Assembly (NCBI GenBank): GCA_000320545.1
Contig: ADNK01002375.1
Location: 5,914-69,913, forward strand
DNA: 64,000 nucleotides
Reading direction: 5' to 3'
DNA from: Bigelowiella natans CCMP2755
Lineage: Eukaryota > Protista > Cercozoa
Numbering within the stretch: the first letter of the stretch is position 1; the number at the start of each line of letters is the position of its first letter. Shown here one piece after another: positions 1 to 11,351 of the stretch. A model generated the notes under the pieces. It saw only the letters and a program-made list of their open reading frames with translations. It was not told where the DNA came from and did no database searches. The translations under genes were made by a program, and so were the position numbers.

Positions 1-828
1 TAGGCTGTGTCATAACGACGACGAACAAACGCAAAAATACAGATGATGTTAAATACGATGTTTCTACACATGAAGTAAGATCGTGCACTAATATCGAGAA
101 TATTGAAAAATTATGATAGTCATGATCCGATATTTTATCGAACAGGAAATCACAGAATTATTGAGTTCGAGCACCCAGACGTTGTTTGAAACCGATAAGT
201 TCTTCACGAAAGTAGTCGTGATTCTCTTTCCAGGGTTGCCATGGCCGACACATTGGTATCATCCTGATGATATGTTTGGTTAAAAACGATCCTCTCTAGA
301 GAATTCATCTTAGTAGAAAATAGTTAGAACAATAGTAGGTGTTGTGGATGCAGCAAAAACGCACAAAGTCATGACATCGTCATTGTGCATGACATTTAGA
401 TGTGATAGATGCATCAAAATTTGCAGTTGAAATTCATCAAAATTGCAGTCATGCTATGATTTAGTGAGTGAAAGATCGAATGTTTCCTGCCGCAGTTCCT
501 GCCTAATTTTGATTCACTCACACGTGCACACGTCAGTGCATGCATGTTCAGATGCAATTGCAGACATGCATCTTGCACAACATGGAGAAAGTCTAAACAT
601 GCTTGATGCAATGAAAATTTTCCACTTTTGAGCTGTCATCATTTTGATTTTGTCTCTGCAGCCACAGCTGATTCAGCGAGCTCGATCAAACGAGGCCTGT
701 CCAAAAAATGACAGCATGAACGGATCTAGCTAGCTAGCTAGCTGGGCACATGCTAGCATGCTCGCATGCGTGTTGTGCGCTACATGCCAGCAGCACGCTT
801 GCGCAGCAGACTTGGTGGCACACCGTGC

Positions 829-1240
829 CCCACACTTCGTTTCCCAACTGCAATCAGTGGCAAAGTGTCCAAAAAATCGCAACATGAAAATTTGCCTGCT
901 GACGACCCACTGCTGAACTGAATTGCCAAAGTGACATCTAACATGGCAAAATTCTGCGAGCATCACGTGTCAAACACCCCACACACTCACTTCCCATCCA
1001 CAATCAGTGGCAAAAACTGCGAAAATGCGCGAAACATGAAAACTTGCTAGCTTGCCCACTGACGACCCGTCAGCCGTAGAACTTGCGACCGCCTGCTGCT
1101 GAACTGAATTGCTGGAATGACACCTGGGACATGGCAAAATCACAGGCACATCACACGTGTTTTGTGAAAACAACCTTTGTTGAAAGTGACATGGCAAAAT
1201 CCACAGCAGAGCAAGTGCCCCAAAGTTGACACACGTGGCA
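829..1240. repeat. Degenerate direct repeats (~150-180 bp units, ~829-970 and ~980-1160, partial third copy ~1186-1240)
   Basis: Shared blocks caatcagtggcaaa (851, 1001), aacatgaaaa, ctgacgaccc and ctgctgaactgaattgc. catggcaaaat occurs three times (~942, 1130, 1190). Confidence 0.85.
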
Positions 1241-1574
1241 AATCCGCAAGAGGGACACACTTTGCGATGCTTTTGAGCCTTGCAGTCGTGTGATCACTCT
1301 TCTCACAAGGAGTTTTCCAAGTGATGCTTCCATTCGGAAAACCCTCGTCCATCTTTTTTCCAGGTGCATCCTCCATTCCGCCTGATTTCGTTTCCTTGGC
1401 GAGCATTCGGTGCTTCACGACACCACGTGAGCAAACGTTGCAATGAACAATGAACAATGAACAAAGCGTTGATCAAATCCACGTGCGCCAGAACCACGTG
1501 GGAGACAGGCGTTTGCACGCAGCAGAGCCTCAACAACACTCGTTGCAAGGACTTGTCAGCACCCTCTAGCCCTG

Positions 1575-2051
1575 TTGGCAAAATGGCTCCAATTGCAACC
1601 AGATCGCAGAAAGTACCTGGTTGACATGAAGGCAAACATTGAGGGGGAAAACAAAGAGCACGGTGATGCTCCGTTGATTTGGGGTTCCTCTGAGGGCAAT
1701 TTTGAGATCGCAAAGTGCCTGGTTGACATGAAGGCAAACATTGAGGCTGAAAACAACTGCGGTTGTGCCCCGTTGATCGCGGCTTGCACAAACGACAATT
1801 TTGGGATCGCAAAGTACCTGGTTGACATGAAAGCAAACATTGAGACTGAAAATAGAAATGGGGACACTCTCTGTGACTTGACAAACCATGATGAAATCAA
1901 AAAATTTGTCAAAGAAGTTTGCATTGAGCGACGGGTCCAGGTGTTCAACAGAGACTTGAAGGATTTGTGCATGTTGAGCACGGAATTGAAGCGAGGGCTG
2001 GGGGCGGAAATGGTCGTCATGAGCTCGAAAAATGGATGTGTGCAGGAGTAG
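1575..2051 (+). pseudogene. Degenerate ankyrin-repeat gene (about 2.5 near-identical ~33-codon repeats), probably hypermutated or 5'-truncated
   Basis: Three copies of (IA)K[YC]LVDMKANIE with GDAPL/GCAPL/GDTL, matching the ankyrin GxTPLH...LL..GA consensus. Consensus Thr/Tyr are replaced by Ala/Cys/His. The ORF starts at TTG. Confidence 0.7.
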
Positions 2052-2901
2052 ATGCGCGCCATCTGCAAGGTGGGCGATCTTGGAAGCTTCATGTTGTCCT
2101 GTGGCCAATGTGAAGTAGAAAAAACGGCAGGATGGCAAGAGGAGGCGACAACATGCACATCGCTCTCGCTAGCTCGGCCAATTCGTCTCTTCGATCATTG
2201 CAAGCTCGATGTGTAGCGCCTAGCCAAGCTTGAAATTGGTCGATGTCATCGATGCAAAAGTACATGCAATGAAGCAACACTTCCGCCAAGCATTCATTTG
2301 GAGAAAAGACCAAGTTTGCTAGCTTGCCTGGTGCAACATCATCTTGTTCAGAAAGCGGTGACGTAGGCCAACAACATGGCTACCAGTCGCATCACTGCAC
2401 AAGTCTTCATCTGCCGCTCATTTAGTCATCCGTCGGATGACTTCCGCTGTGCCCGCAGAATGCTACATCTAGACATTGCTGGCTACCTGGTGCATTGATT
2501 ACACGTCGCGTCGGTGATGATCCTCATGGCAATGTTTGCAATGATCGACGAAAATAGCCAATAATAGCTAGATAGCCTCAAATGTGCTCAATGTACACAT
2601 TTGTGTTCGTCACATAATCATCTGTACGCCAGAGTGTGTATGCTCAGCAGTGCATGGCACGCCTAAGCTTCGCATTCGAACGACATTTAACCTTTTGTTA
2701 CGACTCATGCAGCGCTAGTATAGGACATCCCTTTATGTACTAGATCGTTTGTGCTAGCAGTCGCATAACTAATGTCTATATTAATGTATCTAAAAACATA
2801 CATTTATATATGCTCTGTCTAAGTGCTATCGATATTTAAGTTTCTACGATTGTCTTTGGTTATTTGGTTATATTTTTGACATATTTGACGTGTCTGTGGT
2901 T

Positions 2902-4235
2902 TCATTTTCTGTTAAAATTGTAACTAGCTCTGGCATTTCTTCATCATCAATATCAGATCCTGGGAGATGCACGAAAGAGTAGCATCAAATCGAAGGGACA
3001 ACATAGGAAATGTCATTGTACTCTACGTCATTAGAAAGGAAAGAATTATGTGTTCCTACCTTCTTCCGCGGTTTCTGCATCCAGATATAACGTTAATGGG
3101 TCGACCCAGAGTTGTGATCTAATGCTTTCCACGATGAGGGGACTTGTAGACGTTTGCTCAGAGAACCAGGTCACGAAAAAAGAGTCAGGATAATCCAGAG
3201 GTACCTTATTTTAAGGAGGATGGAGGGAAAGAGGAGGGTGAGGAATTCGCAATATGGCCATTTAGAGTGTTACTTTCAATAGTTCAACCTTGGAATTAAT
3301 CCAGGTTATCTGACCGTTTTCTACACGGACTATTTCCCCATTGTCGTTCTCAGTAAAACTTTTTTGGAATATGTTTTCTTTGAAAAAAGTGTTAGATTCT
3401 GCGTTGAATTCCTGAAGCATAAAATATTGGCATGGTAGTTGTTACGGCGCGTATATGAGCAACGCGAAATATCTGCGAGCCTTACAAATGTAATCTTGTA
3501 TCCACCGCCTTCCTTGCTCTCAATATCCTCCACGAGTATGGTACGTAGTGCAATGAGGATCTGCTCATCAATTTCTTCTAAATTCGTTGACAGTAGCTCG
3601 TGGTTCTACATCATTCCATTAAAGAGAAAAAACGTGAAATGAATAGCGATAGTATGGGATGGTAATAGGTGGCAACCTGAAAGATTCTTTTCCAAAACAA
3701 AGGAATTCGACCAACTAATCTTGCTTGCTTCGTCAAGAGGGGAAGAGACATCGCTTCATATTTAGCCTCAATCTGCATTTTCACAGTCAAAACTCATCCA
3801 AAAATATCCCTTGAATATAACAAGCAAGGGGATGGTGAAGCACCGATCTCTTAGCTAACGTGATTTCATTTTACTGCTGTCACAAGCTACGGTCAGGCTG
3901 CAACGACCGTTCGCACACACCTTCGATATTTCTTCCGAAGCTAATTATGTTAAACGTAAAAGCATTTGGTTAGCGCTGGCTCACGTACGAACGAAGTTGA
4001 TCATGCAATCTGCCCTACCTTCGGCGTTGAGGTTGTCAATCTCATTGCTAATTGAGGCGAGAGCGCTCATTGCAGCTTCGCTCTCTTCTTCCATCTCCTG
4101 ATTCTTGTTGCTACCGCTCCCACCTTTCCCAATCTTCCTCTTCTCGTCATTGTTATCGTCCAGCTTCTCCCACGCAGCATCGCGATGCTTCCGCTTCCGT
4201 GTGGAACTCGTTTCGGACGAAGCGGTCGACGACAT
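2902..4235 (-). CDS. Nucleosome assembly protein NAP/SET-family histone chaperone (7 exons)
   Basis: Spliced GT-AG exons give IEAKYE..RIPLFWKRIFQ|NHELLS..YKITF|EFNAESNTFFKEN..ITWINSK|..SFFVTWF..LWVDPLTLYL|acidic tail. These match the SET/NAP motifs IPNFW, SFFxWF and IWPNPL. Stop at 2902-2904. The start codon is uncertain (4235, with an upstream ATG at 4318). Confidence 0.85.
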
Positions 4236-4389
4236 TCCGATGGTCGTTCTATCGTTCGTCGTACCTCCTCTGCCAGTTGCTTCTCCGTGTCATTTGTTGT
4301 TGTAGTTGTTGTTGCCATTTCATTCTTCAAAAAAAACAAAAATACAGGGAACAATACCTACACACTTCACACTATGTAAAACCAAGTTT

Positions 4390-5184
4390 ATGACTATGAA
4401 AATCACTTCGGTGTAACAACATAGCTGGGAAGTCAAGGGCGCGAAAAGAATAACTAACTAACTAACTAACTAACTAGCGAACTATGGTATCGATGAAACA
4501 ACACTCATACTCACTGGAACAATTTTTCTAGGAAGTTTTAGGTTGTTTGTAAGAAAGCCAAGAAAGGAAACACAACACCAGACTGGTTCCCCCTCCTCAC
4601 CCAATAGAGAGCAAACGAGCGGAACACAAAATCTGTGGTATCGAGTACATCATTACTACTGACGCATACGGATTCTTAGATGCTAGGACCGTAAATATCG
4701 AACGTCCACGTCGCTTGGTTTCGTGGATACATGCTATTGGTGGATGAATCATTGGTTTCTGTGTTAAACCAGGTTCATGCTTCGACAACGTAAAGGGGAT
4801 TCGAAGCGAAATAACCCTAAGCAAATGCTAGGATCAGGCTTCTTTAAAAATGTTAGTTTGCATCCCAGTTGACCACAATCTCTCCACTCATTTAACCCAA
4901 TTTATAGCGACCTGGTGGGATGCACGAGAATAATTCCGCGGTGACTCCATTTTAAGCACATTTTTCTATATCATTCTGACTGTTGTTACGTCCTCAGGAA
5001 TCAGGCTATCGCTTTGATTCGTTAATGTAAAATGTTGACATAATCTGGCCAATATTCTCAATGTTAACACTCATGCGATTTTGGTTTGGTTGACATGTTC
5101 AGATTTGACAAAGATGTCTGGGTTGTGCATGAAGATTTTGATAATAAGCTGGGAGATGACTGCGATGATGACGATCTTTCTTAA
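4390..5184 (+). CDS. Putative small multi-exon gene of unknown function
   Basis: Short exons join in consistent phase via GT-AG introns (..GSCFDN|RPGGMHENNSA|ESGYRFDSLI|FDKDVWVVHEDFDNKLGDDCDDDDLS*). An alternative phase-consistent path also exists. The 5' end is unresolved and no family was recognised. Confidence 0.4.
4451..4477 (+). repeat. (TAAC)n tandem array ending in an AG
   Basis: taactaactaactaactaactaactag. It resembles stacked CTAAC branch-point motifs in front of a probable splice acceptor. Confidence 0.8.
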
Positions 5185-6267
5185 ATACAATAGCTCGAAA
5201 CGTCTGAGCGCTGGTGTGGTCACTCTATGAATAGGCATGAATTCATGTACGCAGTAGTTAGAAGATGATCACTTGTAGAGATCTATGCTGCATGCTGCAG
5301 AAATGTCAGGCTTAAATCACGTGGAAGGAAAACCTTCGATGTATCATATCGGTAAGGTTTCATTTAGTGGACTACAATTCTTTCGTAATACGATATACAT
5401 ATGTAAAACAGAAACTAGACGAAAGGTAATTTCCAGCTTATTATTGCTGGTACACGCACTCCTCTAGTCCTACGTACGTTGCATGCGCGACTATCAATAT
5501 GTGTATGTGCCACGCTTGCATGGCGTGTATGTATGCGGATGTTACGGAACAAGATTACCATGTAATGACTTTGTTGCAGGCGTCGTAGAAAGCTTATATA
5601 TGCTTCCAGCGGTGATATATATTATAGCGACCTAGCTATATAGATGTAGCACTACATCATTGTACGTATGCTGTACGTAGCAACGCAGAAATGACACGCA
5701 GAGAACATATCCAGTAGTAAGCTCGCAAGCATTGTTTTGCACTACAAAAGCCATACGATCTAGATGCAGATGCACTATGCTATGCTAGTACGATACTCTT
5801 GTATGCAATTATATACAATTTTTGCGAATAATGCATGTATGTCTGCCGTAGTATCCGTACAATCGATGTAATAACATACAGTATAATGCAAACACGTGCT
5901 AGCGTGGTGTGCATCGTATCGTACCTACATCTAGCTGTGCTCGTATGGGCGAAGCGACTACAACTGGATTGTAAGCAAGTGCTGAGCAAGTGCTGACGGC
6001 CTGCCTACGCATTGCCATGCTACGAAGAAATTCGTTCAGACCATTAAATAGCGCGCCCTGCATGGCTATCTAGCTATGTCCAGGTGCTGATGCATATTTT
6101 AAAACAGTATTTTGATGGTGTGACGCCTTGATGCGCACGAATTTAAGTTTCGATGATGGTGTAGAATTGCTGAGAATAATGATGAGGACTCTGTGCGACC
6201 GCAGTCATTGGAGATACAAGATGTACTATGGTCACGATGATACTTCAAACCCAGTTAATTAGTGAGA

Positions 6268-7703
6268 TTAGATAAGATGAACCATTCCGCTTGAAAGAAT
6301 ATCTGAAAAGAAAAAGGATTTTTTAATGGAGCTACTTTTTTGACATAATTTCGATCTTATTACCTTTTATATGACCATAGCTCGCTACGACAATATCACC
6401 TTCATTTATCTCTGCATCGCCGCTATATATCAAACATGCATCCACAATTAGACACTGATGATAATGCTTGTATATTTGACCTTTCTCCCAGGTTTACAGT
6501 CCCCACATTTGCTGTTGCTTTAAAGAAGACGTACTCATCCATGTTGGGTTTTACTTCTGCGTTTATCCGTGAACAGCAAAGACATTGCATGAATACTTAA
6601 ATATGGGCAAGAAATTCTGCTAAATTTCATCCTCGTTGACAATGGAAGTAGTATCGTATTACCCATGTTTTTCTCTGTCAACGAATCATAGTTATCTGGA
6701 ATATGATGTAGAAATGATTTTCCAAAGTGCCTTTCACGAAGATCCAAATATCTGAAGAGGGTCAGCGTTAAGCAATTTTTTGGTTTATAAAAGAAATGAC
6801 TCACCCAGAGGCAAAATCTATCTCTGCCTTATTAAGAAGATTCTCCACATCATCACTCGAGAGGATGTCAATATCAAATTTTTGAATCTGATTGCGTAAA
6901 AAAAATTATTTTCGTCAGTTCCATTCTGTTCAGGCGCAAGGTGTTTATCGGCTCATGACTGTATACCTTTCGCAAGCGTATGCGCAGATAATCCTTTCGC
7001 ATATAGTTGACACGATCGTATTCCATCTGTGTTGAGAGTAATATATTTTAGATTGATTTGAAGGACTGAATCCGCGCCAGATTTGTACCTGGAGTATGCG
7101 AATTATTCCACCTGTGTGTTTTTCCTCGCTCAGTCTTTCAATATGAGCCTAGTTGAAAAGAAGTCAAATTTTTTCCTAACGTAAGTTCGCGCCTATGATA
7201 ACATCATTGAGATCTTTGATTACCTTTTGCGTTTCCAATTCTTCCTCTACCCGCTTCATAACACGGGCCTCATACTTTAGAATTTCGGGAGCACCTGGGA
7301 AATGCGCTTCTATTTATTTTTCGATTTGATGGAGATAGGTAGACTAGAGAAAGATGAACAACTGAGATTTGGGTTGTTTTTGAGATGAAATACCCTTTTC
7401 GTTTAACCAGATCTTGCGAAGCTCATCCACAATGGTTTCCGATTCTTCCTCATCATCGTCTAGATAACATCACGCGTCAAAAAACCAACAGACTCCCAAG
7501 AGAAAGTAGAGCGACATGCAAAAACACAACTAGAAATTCTTATGTATTGGATCACCACTCATGGACGACAGCAAGGCGTCGACATCGACATCAAGCTTTT
7601 CATCGCTCTTCTCTGTCCCTCCCTTCTTTTTTTCTTGAGAAGAACTGGCTTGAAAGTCATCTATATCATCTAGATTCAGATCGAAATCATCCCCCCCGCT
7701 CAT
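6268..7703 (-). CDS. GINS4: GINS complex subunit SLD5 (DNA replication)
   Basis: Exons give ELRKIWLNEK|GAPEILKYE..|MEYDRVNYMRKDYLRIRLRK|IQKF..|EVKPNMDEYVF..|DILSSGMVHLI*, matching the SLD5 motifs W.NEK.APE, ME.ER..Y....YLR.RL.KI and P.LD..VF. Confidence 0.9.
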
Positions 7704-8187
7704 GGTGTTGCTATGTATGGGTTAAAGAAGTGCGGGAAAAGCTGCACAGGAGGGTGGGGGAGGCCCGGATTAAGAATTTGCAGAGAGCTGTCGGGACTAC
7801 CTAGCGGAAATCGGCCTACGTGTTCAGTCTGAGTCAAGGAATATTCTCTTCTTTACCGGACAATTCACCGACATCAGATTCTGCCGACAATGCAATATAC
7901 GTTCCCGCCAGATTCCAGATATATCTCGAGATATCCACCCGAGACTTCATCAAAAGCCTGTGTCGAGATTCCGCAGTTACATTTGTGATTTTTTCATACA
8001 TGCGGATTTCATCCTGCGACAATGAATAATGTGGCGTCTTTCTTCAGGACAAATCGGAGTTTAGCGAGTGTTGTTGGGGACCCTCTTGAACAATAATTTA
8101 AACGACGCACGACCTTGGGAGGCGACGTACGTCCGCCTATGTTCACTCTTAGAATATAGGATAAGGATACTCACCGCCGAGTAGGAG

Positions 8188-10458
8188 ATGGCTAACCCGA
8201 AGGACAAAATAGACATGGTGCCTTTGGAGGACAGCCGAATGCTTGTTGATGATTTTAGGATTAGGCACTCAGTTCATAACCCCGAATTAAATAAGAAAAA
8301 GAGATTTCAATATAAAGAACATCAACATGACCCCGAAGCTTTCAACTGGGATGTAGATCATCCAACGAAGTCTCCCACGACTTCCCCAAAGAGCGGAGCT
8401 CTAAAATCCAGGAATTTACACACAACTTTTGAGCATCCCCTCTTATCAGACATTGACAAGATAATGGCAGAGATGGAGAAGAAGGGCACCGTGAACGTAA
8501 AACCAAAAATATCAAGGAAAAAAAAGATAGAGAATGCACCTAACGCGCAAATGCGGAGCACCATAGAGAGTGTTGTAGGATCTCCTAAAAAGATGAAGAA
8601 AATACTACTGAATCTAAAAAACTCAACAAAGGAGGCCTGGGCAAAATTACAGCCTTGCAATGAAATTCCCAAAGTAAACATCGTTAAGGAGGAGTCTGCG
8701 CTACTAAAAGTGAAGGTTAAGAGTGAGAAAATGGCGCGCAAGGTAATGAACGAGAAGAGTTGGATTAGGACTGCTTTCGAGAAATTTGACAATCATAAGA
8801 TCAATAGTCAACAATTTGCTCATGAGATTACATCGCGGGGTATACCGCTTACGCAAGATTTCTACGTTGCCTTAAAGGCGAAAAACGTAAAGTTCTCTCG
8901 CATGATACAAGCACTTGTGAAAGGAAGACCTCTATCTCAACGCATTTACATGCCTCAAGATTGCAAGAAGCCAGTTTCTCCCACCGCATCGTCCTCTATA
9001 ATTTCTCACAATCAAAAGTCTGATAAAGATTTGGAGGATTCACACAACATCATCTCTAATGACCCGAATTTCGTCCCATTTCAAGGAGTAAGGAGTAAAA
9101 TAAAGGCAGGAGTATCTGATGCTAATGCTGATACGGCCACTGTCCCGAGCGTCGCTGCTGGGCTCTCTACGGATGAAAGGCATCCATCCCATTCAGCACG
9201 AAGGCATTATTCCCCCGAAATTAAGCTCCCCAAGGAATCGAAGCGGATGGAAAGGAAGAAAAGGCTAGATCAAACATCTATATTGACCAGCGACACCACG
9301 GAAAAAGCTCCACAGAATTCTTTGACCAACAAGAAACCAATCCTACAAATTCGTAAGAAAGTCGAAAATATGATTCGAGGCTTCATTCAGTGGAAACTAT
9401 CTCCTGAGGAGTTTTCTCATCAGATTGAAGAGGTCGTTTTTTTTTTACTTGCGCAACATTTTCCTTCGCGAAAGTTGTTTGATACTGTTCATTATTACGG
9501 CCATTTAAACCAATCAATCTCTAAATTATAGTTATTTTTTAATCAGACTGGTCTAGATCTGTCGGATAAGCAGCGGGCGTACATCAAGAATTCCGCGCTG
9601 AATCCTGAGCGGAAATACCGAGAGGCAAGGATGGTCTTTGGTACGACGCTATCACCGAGGACGACTATGCCGAAATCTTCAGCCCCGCCACCTGTACGAG
9701 CTGGTTTAGCATCGAAGATCGGCGATTTCAACCATTTTAATATCACCACGGGCAAGGGCAGCACAAATGTCTCAAACGATTCACCTCTCTCTAAAACCAT
9801 ATCGCGTAAGAAGAAAAAGGCGATGCCGCTTGGGCCTGCAAGCCCTGGAGCACAAGGTCGCAGGAGATTCTCGTTCAATGCAGAGCTAAAGAGCAACTTT
9901 AAGATCGCAGAGTCGAAGCAGAAGCCTGAACCGACTGTCTCAGAGATGAGAAGTGGCAAGCGCAAATACTCCCGGTCTACCGAATATCACCGTAGCAATT
10001 TATCGTCGAGTCTTGAACTTAAAAACTCAAGCACTGAGAACGATAAACATACTGTTTCTAGACCTGAAACTTCCAGAGCAATTTCTCAATGCACCTCTGC
10101 TCAAATGTCATCTCCAAAGCAAGAGAAAACCAAAATATCATTTTCTTCCAAACCGAAAGGTGTAGAATCATCTGAAATTTCTGCACCATCCTCCCTCTCT
10201 AAAAGGAAAAGCACTACAAAGTTGGGAAAATTAGATACTCGGCTCCGCATAGACAAACCTGACGTACTGTCTCCCATGTCTGTCAGTAATAAGCCAAAGC
10301 TGAAGTCACCTTTCGGGATTAGTTCGGATGTCATTTCTCCTCGGAATGTCATCAAAGATAGCAGGCTTAGCCGCTATGAGAAACTGAAACAAGGGGGGAC
10401 GCTAGGGAGATATTCAAAGGACAAGGCAGCGACCATCGTGGACAGAAAATCGCTGTGA
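8188..10458 (+). CDS. Hypothetical Lys/Ser-rich protein, ~720 aa, two exons (8188-9432, 9547-10458)
   Basis: Long ORFs 8188-9531 and 9631-10458 are joined in frame by a GT..CAG intron at 9433-9546. Mostly low complexity, with a weak EF-hand-like segment IRTAFEKFDNHKINSQQF. Confidence 0.7.
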
Positions 10459-11142
10459 GAGAATAGCGTTGAAAATATTACTTGTAATAACTTTTATTCG
10501 TCGGTAATTAGCAAATATGCAAAACGAAATATTAAAGTTCATTTAGCAATTATACTGATTTAATTTCTTTCTGAATTTCGGCTACAATATCCCTAATATA
10601 TGCTAGATATGTGGTTCTTGCTAGCTCGCTGTGAGAGCTATTTATCTAGCTATTGGTATCAAATTTAGCTAGCTAGGCATATTGTCTGGATGTCTTCAGA
10701 TCTAGCTAGCTAGGTCTAGAGGTATGTTTATGTGAGATGAGAGCTAGAGGCCGATGGTAATCCCCGCTACTGCATAGTGCTTGCATGTTACAAATCTAGC
10801 TAGCTAGATTTGTAAGAATAATTTAGGGCGGCCAAACGTGTCTGCCATTAGTCCATATCTAGCTAGCTAGCTAGCTAGCTACATGCTAGCGTGAGCAAAT
10901 CATCAAGTGGTGCGCGCATACGAAGCATGCTTTAGACATCGCGAGGGAGTGAGAGCATTCGACACATACAGCTCTAGAGCTAAGCGATGAGCATCATCGT
11001 CCGTGTCTAAGCTTACAATGTCTATAGTGCTTTGCTAGCGTGATACCATAATCATACGACATGTGCTAGTGCCGTTCAGTAGCCATGTAGAGCTCTCAAT
11101 GTGTAGCTATGTCAAGTCAATCCATGGATGTCGATCATGATA

Positions 11143-11236
11143 TTACAGTTCCATCAATGTTAAAGCTTCGAAAAAGTCTTTTGCCAAAAGGAAATCCACC
11201 TAAAGGCAAGTGATATATATCTGAAAATGTCGAGCG

Positions 11237-11270
<34 letters not shown>

Positions 11271-11315
11271 TTGAACATTTCATTACATCCGTCTCATAAA
11301 TATATATACATATAC

Positions 11316-11351
<36 letters not shown>

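Noticed and set aside
1-330. Possible terminal exon of a minus-strand gene (~155-265)
   Set aside because: Too short and with no recognisable motif.
829-1240. CRISPR array or named transposon
   Set aside because: The repeats are long and degenerate with no regular spacers. No transposase, reverse transcriptase, terminal inverted repeats or target-site duplication was recognisable.
340-2560. Many overlapping Cys/His-rich ORFs here and at 17890-19260
   Set aside because: Loss of TpA removes TAA/TAG stops on both strands, so these long ORFs are by-products.
340-2560. Classical RIP or CpG decay as the explanation
   Set aside because: RIP increases TpA. CpG is still common here, and the ankyrin Thr->Ala and Tyr->Cys changes require ancestral TA.
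4249-4264. 16-nt nucleomorph-style tiny intron
   Set aside because: Removing it does not restore the frame to the SET ORF.
4480-4800. Dual-specificity phosphatase or G-alpha similarity for the unknown + gene
   Set aside because: Only superficial word matches. No HCxxGxxR or G-box motifs were found.
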